36,792 nt of DNA from Terriglobia bacterium (GCA_041498365.1 JBGQIG010000001.1:1-36792); one strand, 5' to 3'; numbered from the stretch's first letter, positions 24,726 through 32,927 are shown. The notes: a model not told the origin generated them from the letters alone. Program-made: numbers and translations.

Positions 24726-25427
24726 CTAGCGCACGACCAGGACTTCGCGAACGTTGTCTCGTGCGAGGAAGAACTTGATGGACGCAAAGTCGCGGAAGAG
24801 ATTTTCGATGTTCCGGTTGTTGAACACCCGTTGCAGGCGGAACTTGCTTGCCGGAACCCCTTTTTTCCCGTCGCCGCGGGCGATGTGCTGCATCTCCAGT
24901 ACGTCGCCACCCACGATGTGATACCTGTAGCAGGGTGCGTCCGGCCCCGCCTCCTGGGTGTGGAAAAACGCCAGCAGCATGCCTCCAGGCTTGAGCAAGG
25001 ACCACAAGCGTCCGACTACCGGCTTCACCAGGCTTTCGTCCAGGTAGTCGGGCAGATTCCAACACAGTACGATGTCGAACTGCGCGCCCGGATAGACCAG
25101 ATTTTCCGTCAGAAAGCGCTTGCTGTCGAGAACCGGTTTGCCGGCTTCATCTTTGATGAGCAACGACGGTTCCGTGGAAGAAACCAGCACGTCGTCACTG
25201 TAGATCTTATGCCCGCGCTCGGTGCAGTAGCGGATGTTGGCCGGAGAGGTGGATCCGAGATCGAGTATGCAGAGCGTTTCTTCCGACTCCAGCGATTTAA
25301 TCAGCTGGGCCAGGCCGCTGGAGCGGCGCGTGAGCTTCGATCCCCCAGTGGCCGCCGAATTCGGCGTAGCGCTGTCTGATGAGCGAAAGAGTTTCATGAA
25401 GCTGTGTGCCCCTGACGCCGTTGGCAA
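24726..25427 (-). CDS. Class I SAM-dependent methyltransferase-like protein
   Basis: The 233-aa ORF has motif I-like ILDLGSTSPANI, FDIVLCWNLPDYL and LKPGGMLLAFFH. The opposite-strand ORF 24495..25379 is Arg-rich and was rejected. The start could be the internal Met at 25397. Confidence 0.75.
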   Translation of the reverse strand: MPTASGAHSFMKLFRSSDSATPNSAATGGSKLTRRSSGLAQLIKSLESEETLCILDLGSTSPANIRYCTERGHKIYSDDVLVSSTEPSLLIKDEAGKPVLDSKRFLTENLVYPGAQFDIVLCWNLPDYLDESLVKPVVGRLWSLLKPGGMLLAFFHTQEAGPDAPCYRYHIVGGDVLEMQHIARGDGKKGVPASKFRLQRVFNNRNIENLFRDFASIKFFLARDNVREVLVVR

Positions 25428-25500
25428 CCACTTGGCGTCCAGTTCATTCCCTCCTCGGAGCGCAACCTGTCGTCAGCCGAAGAGAATTCGGGGGCAGGAA

Positions 25501-25953
25501 TTATTTGCCGTCGCTGGTCTTTGACGGCACCGCGGAGCCACCGCCTGCGGAAGCAGAGCCCGCTGCGGCGGAGGCACTGGTGGCTTGCGCAGGCCTGGCC
25601 CCATCCGTCTTGGAGATATCCCTCTGGATATCCACCTTGCCCTTGAAATACGCGCCCTCTTCGATGGCGACTCGCTGCGTGACAATATCACCCACGGCGA
25701 TGGCGGATTTGGTCAGCTCAGCCCGCTCACCGGCATGGATATTGCCTTCCAGCTTGCCCTGAACGATCACGCCCTTGGCATTCACGTTGGCGCGAACCTG
25801 CCCGTGGGGACCGATGATCAACCGGTTGCCGGACAGCTCAATGCTGCCCTCAACCTGGCCGTCCACGTACAGATCCTCGCTGCCGGAGAGTTCTCCCTTG
25901 ATGATGACGGATTTACCGATATGCGCAAACTCTGCCGTCTTCGGCGTCTCCAT
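25501..25953 (-). CDS. Bactofilin-family cytoskeletal protein
   Basis: The central DUF583-type beta-helix has repeating G-x-(I/V)-x-G patterns (IIKGELSGSEDLYVDGQVEGSIELSGNRLIIGPHGQVRANVNAKGVIVQGKLEGNIHAG...). The C-terminal tail is disordered and Ala/Ser/Gly-rich. Confidence 0.9.
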   Translation of the reverse strand: METPKTAEFAHIGKSVIIKGELSGSEDLYVDGQVEGSIELSGNRLIIGPHGQVRANVNAKGVIVQGKLEGNIHAGERAELTKSAIAVGDIVTQRVAIEEGAYFKGKVDIQRDISKTDGARPAQATSASAAAGSASAGGGSAVPSKTSDGK

Positions 25954-26249
25954 AGATTTCGGCCTCCTCGGGCAAATTTCCCACTTCAGACTAGCGCAGG
26001 AATTGTAGGTAACCTGTGATCTGCCAGGGACAGAAAGACATTAGGAAAAACACGCCCCCGAACAGTTGCGAACGCCATTTCCTCTTCATCGAACTATATC
26101 CCACAGCGACCAGCGGGGCAACCTCGCAAACCTGGAATCAGCTGCGAAACTGGTAGCTTTCGCGGTTCCAGCACTGCGGGCTCAACGCCAATTAGACAAC
26201 GTGCCAGAGCTGTTTTTCGTCTAATCTAGTTGGGGTGCACTTATCCATT

Positions 26250-27152
26250 ATGAAACTGATCCGATTCCGGAAAGCTTCGCGAGTGGTGCTTGCAGCACTG
26301 GCACTCACCGCCGGGATAGGGAGTGTTGCCGAGGGCCCTCCTGCGGTAGCACCTGTGGAACTGGTCAGGCGCGCAGTCGCGAACGAAATGAAGTCTGGCA
26401 ACCAGACGAAGAAGTACATGTTCCGCGAGCGCAAGCAAACGCCCAACGGTTCGCAGACCAAACTGCTGGTGGAAACTCTGGATGCCATGGCAGGCATGGT
26501 CGTCGCCTACAACGACCAGCTTCTTAGCCAAGACCAGCGTCAGGGCGAATATAACCGCCTTCAGCGCTTTTTGAATGATCCGGAAGAGTTGGGTCGCAAA
26601 CGAAAGCAGGAAAAGGAAAATTACGAGCGGGTGAAACGCATCCTCAAGGCTTTGCCAGACGCTTTCCTCTATGAATACGACGGCACTGAAACGGGCAAGC
26701 CGGGAGTGGGGGAACCGGGCCGCCAACTGGTGCGCCTCAAGTTCCGCCCCAGTCCGAACTACGACCCGCCAACGCGTGTCGAGCAAGTCCTCACCGGGAT
26801 GCAAGGAATCGTGCTGATTGATACGCAAAGGCAGCACATCGCCGCGATCGACGGCACTCTCGCCAAAGAGGTCGGCTTCGGATGGGGCATCCTTGGCCAT
26901 CTCGACCGTGGAGGACGTTTCCAGGTCAACCAGGCCGACATTAGTGACGACAACTGGGCCATTACCCGCATGGATCTAGCTTTCACCGGCAAGATCCTCT
27001 TCTTCAAGAATCTCAACATCAAGTCCACCGAGGTTTACAGCGATTTTCGTCCCGTGCCCACGGATTTAACTTTTGCCCAGGGGGTGGACCTGCTGAAGAA
27101 ACAGCAAGCCACAGTGGCGGAAAACCAACAACAGCAGGGAGGCAGCAAATAG
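26250..27152 (+). CDS. Secreted hypothetical protein
   Basis: The ~300-aa ORF has a signal-like N-terminus (MKLIRFRKASRVVLAALALTAGIGSVA), a charged coiled-coil-like middle and a beta-rich C-terminal half. I recognise no family. Start is either GTG 26235 or ATG 26250. Confidence 0.65.
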   Translation: MKLIRFRKASRVVLAALALTAGIGSVAEGPPAVAPVELVRRAVANEMKSGNQTKKYMFRERKQTPNGSQTKLLVETLDAMAGMVVAYNDQLLSQDQRQGEYNRLQRFLNDPEELGRKRKQEKENYERVKRILKALPDAFLYEYDGTETGKPGVGEPGRQLVRLKFRPSPNYDPPTRVEQVLTGMQGIVLIDTQRQHIAAIDGTLAKEVGFGWGILGHLDRGGRFQVNQADISDDNWAITRMDLAFTGKILFFKNLNIKSTEVYSDFRPVPTDLTFAQGVDLLKKQQATVAENQQQQGGSK

Positions 27153-27193
27153 CAACGCGTTGGGAAAACTCGAAACCAGAAACCTTCGGTTGC

Positions 27194-28306
27194 TCACTCC
27201 GCTGCGATCGTTTCTTTACGCACGGTAAGCTTCTCGATCAGACCCTCGCGAATCCGGTATCCGGTTCCCGGCTCCTCGCTGACCGCAATTGTTCCACGGG
27301 TGCTGACTTCGACTTCCGGTTCGATGAGGTCCTCCTTCCAGTAGCGTTTTGAGGCGGAGACATCGCCGGGCAGGCGAAAATTCGGCAACGTGGAAAGCGC
27401 GATATTGTGGGCGCGCCCCACCCCTGATTCGAGCATGCCACCGCACCATACCGGAACGTCGTTGTTCTGGCAGACGTCGTGCACCTTTTTGGCTTCGCTG
27501 AACCCTCCTACACGGCCCACCTTGACATTGATGATGCGGCAGGCTCCGGTCTCGACGGCAGCCGCCGCGTCTCGCGCATGGCGAATAGACTCGTCCAGGC
27601 AGATCGAAGTGCGCAGCTCGCGCTGCAGCCGGGCATGGTAGTAAATATCGTCGTTCCAAAGCGGCTGCTCAATCATCAGCAGTTTGTAGCGATCGAATTT
27701 GCGCAGGTGCTCGACCTCATCGAGGGTATAGGCGGAATTGGCATCACAGCTCAGCAGGATATCGGGCCAGCGCGAGCGAATCCGTTCCAGCACATTCAAG
27801 TCCCAGCCCGGTTTTACTTTCACCTTGATGCGGCGGTAACCCGCGGCGAGTTCCTTCTCCACATTCTCTAGCAGCTGTTCGACGGAATCCTGAATGCCGA
27901 TCGAGACACCGCACTGAATCTCCCGTGTCGTCCCGCCCAGCAGCTTCCACAGGGGCAGTTGTTTTTGCCTGGCCTCGGCGTCCCACAGCGCATTTTCAAT
28001 CGCAGCCTTGGCCATGCGGTGCCCGCGCACTCTCGCCATGAGGCCGGCACTTTCGTGAGCTGCGGTCATCGCGCGCCTCAGCACGGCTGGGGCCAGGTGA
28101 TGCCGAATGGTGGACCAGGCTGTCTCGATCCATTCTGAACTGTAAAACGGATCTTCGGCAGCGACACATTCTCCCCATCCATCCACTCCTTCACAGCGAG
28201 CCGTGAGCAGCAGGATGCGGCGGCTGTGGGTCCGGCCAAAGCTCGTCTCAAAAAAATGGACGAGCGGCATATGGATTTCGCGCAGTGTAATGGTTTCAAT
28301 CTTCAT
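27194..28306 (-). CDS. Enolase-superfamily o-succinylbenzoate synthase / N-succinylamino-acid racemase (OSBS/NSAR) family
   Basis: KxK motif RIKVKVKPG. Metal-ligand contexts are LLSCDANSAY (Asp), LLMIEQP (Glu) and ICLDESI (Asp). The second catalytic Lys is in IINVKVGRVGG. The C-terminal GGMLESGVGRA motif is present. The size (370 aa) is typical. Confidence 0.88.
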   Translation of the reverse strand: MKIETITLREIHMPLVHFFETSFGRTHSRRILLLTARCEGVDGWGECVAAEDPFYSSEWIETAWSTIRHHLAPAVLRRAMTAAHESAGLMARVRGHRMAKAAIENALWDAEARQKQLPLWKLLGGTTREIQCGVSIGIQDSVEQLLENVEKELAAGYRRIKVKVKPGWDLNVLERIRSRWPDILLSCDANSAYTLDEVEHLRKFDRYKLLMIEQPLWNDDIYYHARLQRELRTSICLDESIRHARDAAAAVETGACRIINVKVGRVGGFSEAKKVHDVCQNNDVPVWCGGMLESGVGRAHNIALSTLPNFRLPGDVSASKRYWKEDLIEPEVEVSTRGTIAVSEEPGTGYRIREGLIEKLTVRKETIAAE

Positions 28307-28318
28307 GAGGATTCAATG

Positions 28319-29203
28319 CTAGTAAAGCCACTTTTCGTCCCATCGGCCCAGCAGGAACTTGCCATTCCCCGCCTCATCGCGTTCGTACCCCAGGACCGCC
28401 AAGCCGTCGGAAAACGCCTGTAGAAAATCGCGGCGGTTGCACTCCTGAACTTCTGCGGCACGATCCCGTGTCACGGGTGAGGCTTTCCAGTCGTATATTT
28501 GTGCCGGAACCGAGATTGTCTTCAGCGTCTCAAACGGACCACGTGGGGACAGCCGCCCTCGGCTGCCCGGTCGCCCGGAGGGCGATAAGCGGTGAAGTCG
28601 AGCTCCGCTCGACTGGACAGCCGAGGGCGGCTGTCCCCACGTGGTCCTTGCTTGCCCCGGATCACCGGGCGACGAACCCATCAAACTCTCAACCCGTTTC
28701 GACTTCAACCACCATTCCGCGACCAGTCGGTCCGAAGGTAGCCCGCCCTGCAGGGGCGAAGAGGTGATCCCATATTGGTTGACGTTATAACGGCGCGCAA
28801 TGGCTCCCAGTCGCTCGATGTTGAGATACGCATTCTTGATTTCCAGAGGATCGAACGTCCACTCGATCAACTCAAATCCCTGCACCAGTGCGTCCTCCCG
28901 CTGAAAAAGTTTGACCTTACGTCCCAGCCCGGCATCGCGATATTGGCGGCGCACCGCCAGCATCTGCGAGTGCAGGTAGGAATGTCCGCCCCGCGCGCCC
29001 GGCACAGAAAACGCGAACGCCACCATTTTCCCGCCCTCGAACGCGCCGATGACCTGCCCCCCGATTTTCTCCGCCACCACAAACATGCGCAGCGGCACGA
29101 GTTCCGCGTCGGTAAAATTCCAGACTTCCTTCTGCAAGGCGACGCAGGCGGACATTTCATCCAGAGTGTGGCACTTGCGGATCGCCATCGTACCTGCAGT
29201 CAT
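28319..29203 (-). CDS. GNAT-family acyltransferase (long form) carrying an in-frame palindromic repeat insertion
   Basis: The N-terminal GNAT core includes QMLAVRRQYRDAGLGRKVKLFQRE (acyl-CoA binding Q/R-x-x-G-x-G/A-like). The start ATG overlaps the mazG stop (ATGA at 29200-29203). The ORF stays open through the 30-bp inverted repeat at 28536..28647. Confidence 0.8.
   Translation of the reverse strand: MTAGTMAIRKCHTLDEMSACVALQKEVWNFTDAELVPLRMFVVAEKIGGQVIGAFEGGKMVAFAFSVPGARGGHSYLHSQMLAVRRQYRDAGLGRKVKLFQREDALVQGFELIEWTFDPLEIKNAYLNIERLGAIARRYNVNQYGITSSPLQGGLPSDRLVAEWWLKSKRVESLMGSSPGDPGQARTTWGQPPSAVQSSGARLHRLSPSGRPGSRGRLSPRGPFETLKTISVPAQIYDWKASPVTRDRAAEVQECNRRDFLQAFSDGLAVLGYERDEAGNGKFLLGRWDEKWLY
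28536..28647. repeat. Perfect 30-bp inverted repeat (112-bp element) embedded in the GNAT coding sequence
   Basis: GGACCACGTGGGGACAGCCGCCCTCGGCTG at 28536-28565 is the exact reverse complement of 28618-28647. The 52-nt spacer contains a further AGTCGAG-CTCCG-CTCGACT hairpin (28596-28614). Confidence 0.9.
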
Positions 29204-30105
29204 CTGGCCTCACGCTCGTTCTCCCGCAGTTGCAGTTTTGCCTGCTGCCACAACGATTCCAACTCCGTCATGGATGCCTGCCCCGGGCTGCGTCCGGAAG
29301 CGCGCAACTGTTCCTCCATCCACTGAAAGCGCCGCCTGAACTTGCGATTGGTTTTTCTCAACGCCGACTCGGGATCGAGCGAAAGATAGCGGGCAATATT
29401 CACCAGTACAAAGAACAGGTCGCCAACCTCGTCCTCCAGATGCTGCCTGAGATCCTCAGGAACTTGCTGTCTGCCCGCCCCCGCCAGCCCGCGCGCGTGC
29501 GGTTGGGGACCGGGTGCCGGAAACTCTTTCAGGTGTTCCTGAAGCTCCTCCGTTTCCTCCTGGAGCTTTTCAAACAGCCCGCCAATTTCAGGCCAGTCGA
29601 AGCCCGCCTGCGCGGCACGGGAACTGAGTTTGTAGGCTTCCATCAACGCCGGAATCGCTGTAGAAACCCCCGCCAGCACGGAGTCTGGCGGGCTCGCAGG
29701 TTCGCCCGCGTCTGCCACTCGCTTCTTTTTTTCTTCTGTCTTGAGAGTTTGCCAGTTGCGCAACACGTCCGACGAAGTCTCAGCCTTCACATCGCCGAAA
29801 ACGTGCGGGTGCCGGTCTACCAGCTTCTTGGAGAGACGATCCAGCACCTCGTCGATTGAGAATGTGCCCGCGTCCTTGGCCATCTGGGCATAAAACAGGA
29901 CCTGGAGAAGCAGATCGCCGAGCTCGCCCGGCAGCTCATCCCAGTCGCGATTATCAATGGCTTCCAGGACCTCGTAAGTCTCCTCCAGAGTGTAGGGTTT
30001 GATCGAGTCGAAGGTTTGTTCCCGGTCCCACGGACATCCGCCTGGACCGCGCAGGCGGGCCATGATGGAAACCGCGCGTTCGAAGCGTTCCCCAGTGGTT
30101 GGCAT
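29200..30105 (-). CDS. mazG: Nucleoside triphosphate pyrophosphohydrolase MazG
   Basis: Tandem MazG domains are present: CPWDREQTFDSIKPYTLEETYEVLEAI, ELGDLLLQVLFYAQMA, and a second EEVGDLFFVLVNIARY. The start was moved to ATG 30105 because the 5' extension of the track ORF (to 30216) reads into a repeat element. Confidence 0.9.
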   Translation of the reverse strand: MPTTGERFERAVSIMARLRGPGGCPWDREQTFDSIKPYTLEETYEVLEAIDNRDWDELPGELGDLLLQVLFYAQMAKDAGTFSIDEVLDRLSKKLVDRHPHVFGDVKAETSSDVLRNWQTLKTEEKKKRVADAGEPASPPDSVLAGVSTAIPALMEAYKLSSRAAQAGFDWPEIGGLFEKLQEETEELQEHLKEFPAPGPQPHARGLAGAGRQQVPEDLRQHLEDEVGDLFFVLVNIARYLSLDPESALRKTNRKFRRRFQWMEEQLRASGRSPGQASMTELESLWQQAKLQLRENEREAR

Positions 30106-30202
30106 GAGCCCAAACACTCTAAACGAGATGCGCGTGTACGAGCAATGAAGGCCGCAGCTTAGAGAGCCGTTTCCAGCTTGGCTGATCCTCAACCCTCTAC
30201 CA

Positions 30203-30321
30203 GCGTCATCCCTCACCGGGCTTCAGCCCGGTGAGGGATCTTGCGCGCATCTCTGCGGGCGTCGCACGAGGCGCTCCACACTAGATCCTTCGTGGCCTGA
30301 AGGCCGCTCCGAACGTCACGC
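30203..30321. repeat. Palindromic element, GTCATCC family (homologous to the core of 20162..20285)
   Basis: It contains a perfect 13-bp stem ATCCCTCACCGGG / CCCGGTGAGGGAT with loop CTTCAG (30208-30239). This is followed by TCTTGCGCGC and a distal AGATCCTTCGTGGCCTGAAGGCCGC arm that closely matches 20247-20272. Confidence 0.75.
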
Positions 30322-30470
30322 GGAATGATAGGTCAACCACGACGATTCACAACGATTTACTGGACATCCACTTCCATCTATCTCTTAACCTTTAGCTCTA
30401 ACGACCGAATATTCGACATGAAATATTGCAGCGAGTTTTCCCGTTACCCGCTGGACCTGGGTTATCTTTG

Positions 30471-30508
30471 AAGTTCTAGTCAACGGTCGCACGGTATCCT
30501 TAGAACTT
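30471..30508. promoter_or_regulatory. Inverted repeat AAGTTCTA-N22-TAGAACTT upstream of glpD (possible operator or 5' UTR hairpin)
   Basis: The perfect 8-bp arms at 30471-30478 and 30501-30508 end 33 nt before ATG 30541, in a locally AT-richer region. No regulator gene is adjacent. Confidence 0.2.
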
Positions 30509-30540
30509 TGCGCCGTCCAGGCTGCTGGCGTCATCTCGAC

Positions 30541-32184
30541 ATGAACTATGCCCCTGCAATCCGGCGACCCCTAGAAGGCGAACACTTCCAGGTGATCGTC
30601 ATCGGGGGCGGGATCAACGGGGTGGCCATCGCACGGGAGTGCGCCCGCGCCGGACGGCGCACGCTTCTGGTCGAGCAGCACGATTTCTCAGCCGGGACCA
30701 CCAGCCGCGCCACCCGCATCATCCACGGCGGCCTGCGTTACCTGGAACACGCGGAGCTCGGACTGGTGCGCGAGTCTCTGCTGGAACGCCGGCGTTTGCT
30801 GCAAGAGCGGCCACACCTGGTGCATCCGGTTCACTTCCTGCTTGCGCTGGATGAGAAGAGCGGTCGCAGCGCCCTCGCCGTACGCACTGGCCTGTGGCTG
30901 TATCGCCACCTGGGCGGGGGAAGGCTTCAAGCCGACTCTGGCCGGGAGAATGAGCGCAAACTGGAGCGCCTGCTGGATTCTGGACGGCGTTGGTCGGTTT
31001 TCAGCTACGAAGACGCACAGTGCGAATTCCCCGAACGATTGGTAGCAGAATGGCTGGTGGAGGCCATGGCATCAGGTGCAGTGGCGCGCAATCATGCCGA
31101 GGTGCTGGCCGTTGATGTCCGCCATCGGCGTGCCGTGGGCGTGCTGCTGCGGGATCGGCTTACCGGGAAGGAAGAACGCGTAGAGGGCACCTGGATCATC
31201 AATGCGACCGGCCCATGGGCCGACCGGCTGTGCCTGCGCTCCCACATCGAGACGGAACATCCCATGGTGGGCGGGGTCCGCGGATCGCACATCGTGATTC
31301 CCCGATTCGCAGGCGCTCCCGATGCAGCCGTGTACACCGAAGCAGTGGACAAACGCCCGATTTTTGTCATCCCCTGGAATGAACAAGTACTGGTTGGCAC
31401 AACCGAGGTGGCAGACCAGGGAGATCCTGCCAAGGTCCAGGCCTCGCAGGACGAAATTGAGTACCTGGTACGCTCCCTGCTTCACCTGTTTCCGCGGCTC
31501 AAGCTGTCTGCCGGCGATATCCGTTACACCTTCGCCGGGGTTCGCCCTCTCCCCTTTGCCCCCAAGGAAAAGGCCGCCGCGGTAACCCGCAAGCACTATC
31601 TTCACGATCACAGAGACGACGGCGCGGAGCACATGATTTCCGTGATCGGCGGCAAGCTGACCACAGCCTCGGAACTGGCACGGCAATGCGCCGCCAAGAT
31701 TGGAGTCAGGCAAAAATCGTCCGGGACCCTGGCTGTCGTTTCGGTGGAGAGTGTCGACCGGCTGCTGGACCGGTGGGTGACAGAGATTGGCAACGCGGGA
31801 GGACTGAGCGAAGACACGGCTCGCAGCATCATGGAATGGCACGGCCAGCGCGGACTGGAGATTTCCCTTATGGCGCTACGCCATGCCGAGCTGCGGGCGC
31901 CGCTTTGCTCGCATACGGGTCATATTGTGGCTGAGGCAGTGGATGCGTTTGCCGGCGAGTGCGCGGTTACCCTAGGCGATGTGTTATTGCGGCGTGTACC
32001 CGTGGCGCTGGGTGCTTGCTGGTCGCCGGCCTGCAGCCGGGAGGCGGCGGTCCGCATCGCCGCGCTCATGGGATGGAATGATGCACAATCCGCGGCTGAA
32101 CTGGAGGCATTTGAAGTCGAACGAGTCACCTTCCTTCGCAAGCCCGCACGGATAGACGGCCTTCCGGGAGCGGCCGCAGATTAG
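30541..32184 (+). CDS. glpD: FAD-dependent glycerol-3-phosphate dehydrogenase
   Basis: FQVIVIGGGINGVAIARECARAG (FAD fold), TSRATRIIHGGLRYLE and a C-terminal GlpD alpha-helical domain are present. ATG 30541 is preferred to the track's TTG 30508. Confidence 0.9.
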   Translation: MNYAPAIRRPLEGEHFQVIVIGGGINGVAIARECARAGRRTLLVEQHDFSAGTTSRATRIIHGGLRYLEHAELGLVRESLLERRRLLQERPHLVHPVHFLLALDEKSGRSALAVRTGLWLYRHLGGGRLQADSGRENERKLERLLDSGRRWSVFSYEDAQCEFPERLVAEWLVEAMASGAVARNHAEVLAVDVRHRRAVGVLLRDRLTGKEERVEGTWIINATGPWADRLCLRSHIETEHPMVGGVRGSHIVIPRFAGAPDAAVYTEAVDKRPIFVIPWNEQVLVGTTEVADQGDPAKVQASQDEIEYLVRSLLHLFPRLKLSAGDIRYTFAGVRPLPFAPKEKAAAVTRKHYLHDHRDDGAEHMISVIGGKLTTASELARQCAAKIGVRQKSSGTLAVVSVESVDRLLDRWVTEIGNAGGLSEDTARSIMEWHGQRGLEISLMALRHAELRAPLCSHTGHIVAEAVDAFAGECAVTLGDVLLRRVPVALGACWSPACSREAAVRIAALMGWNDAQSAAELEAFEVERVTFLRKPARIDGLPGAAAD

Positions 32185-32223
32185 TGCTTGTCAGTACGAC
32201 CGAAAACCGCCTCTCACCCCGAT

Positions 32224-32874
32224 TCATCTCAAGGTGTGCGCCAGAAGTTCGGTATCATCGGAGATAATCCCATCAACCTCCAAGCTGGCGAAGCGAAGCA
32301 TAGCTTCCCTGTCATTGACTGTCCAAACGAAGATCTTGAGGCCAGCCCCCTGGACGTTTCGCACCAGCTTCCCGTCCACCAGCGACTGGTGAGCGATTAC
32401 GTAGTCGACTGGCAGTTTGGGCCAACGGGCGAGTTCCACGGGCGTCTCGCAGATGATCCCGAGGGAGACCGCGGCGTTGCGCGCCTCCAGGTCCATTACA
32501 ACGTCAGGAATAAACGAAGAAACGACATAACCCCGCTCGGGTGGATAGTCGTGCAGTGCAGCCAGTACCTTCGATTCCAGATCCTTTACTTTGAGCTCGA
32601 TGTCCAGAAAAGCGCGGTTGCCATAACGCTGCACCACATCAGTCAGGTGCGGGAGTTGAGGCAACCGGCTGGCCCGCGCGCGCGCGACCGTGATCTTGCC
32701 GACCTTAGGATCATGGCAGACCACCGCGGTCCCACAGACAGTAAGGCGAACGTCAAACTCAAACCCATCGCAGCGATGTTCGAGGGCAAGATCGAAAGAC
32801 GCGAACGTATTCTCAGGAACCCTGGTGGACACACGTGCGCCGCGATGGCCGAGGAGAAGGGGAAGATTGGCCAC
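32224..32874 (-). CDS. Glycerophosphodiester phosphodiesterase (GDPD family)
   Basis: LGHRGA, PENTFASF, GFEFDVRLTVCGTAVVCHD and the C-terminal VWTVN / DGIISD motifs typical of UgpQ/GlpQ-like enzymes are present. Confidence 0.88.
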   Translation of the reverse strand: MANLPLLLGHRGARVSTRVPENTFASFDLALEHRCDGFEFDVRLTVCGTAVVCHDPKVGKITVARARASRLPQLPHLTDVVQRYGNRAFLDIELKVKDLESKVLAALHDYPPERGYVVSSFIPDVVMDLEARNAAVSLGIICETPVELARWPKLPVDYVIAHQSLVDGKLVRNVQGAGLKIFVWTVNDREAMLRFASLEVDGIISDDTELLAHTLR

Positions 32875-32927
32875 GGGCTATTTTAAGCCGGAATCGATTT
32901 AGCGATTGTAAGCTTTCGGTGGAAAAA

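Noticed and set aside
24495-25379. 294-aa plus-strand ORF overlapping the methyltransferase-like gene 24726..25427
   Set aside because: It begins inside the 3' end of the FAD oxidoreductase gene. It is Arg-rich and lacks motifs. The minus-strand product has a class I methyltransferase fold signature.
29200-30105. MazG as an indicator of a mazEF toxin-antitoxin locus
   Set aside because: No small MazE/MazF-like ORFs flank it. The gene is coupled to GNAT and OSBS genes instead. MazG is a stand-alone house-cleaning NTP pyrophosphatase in most genomes.
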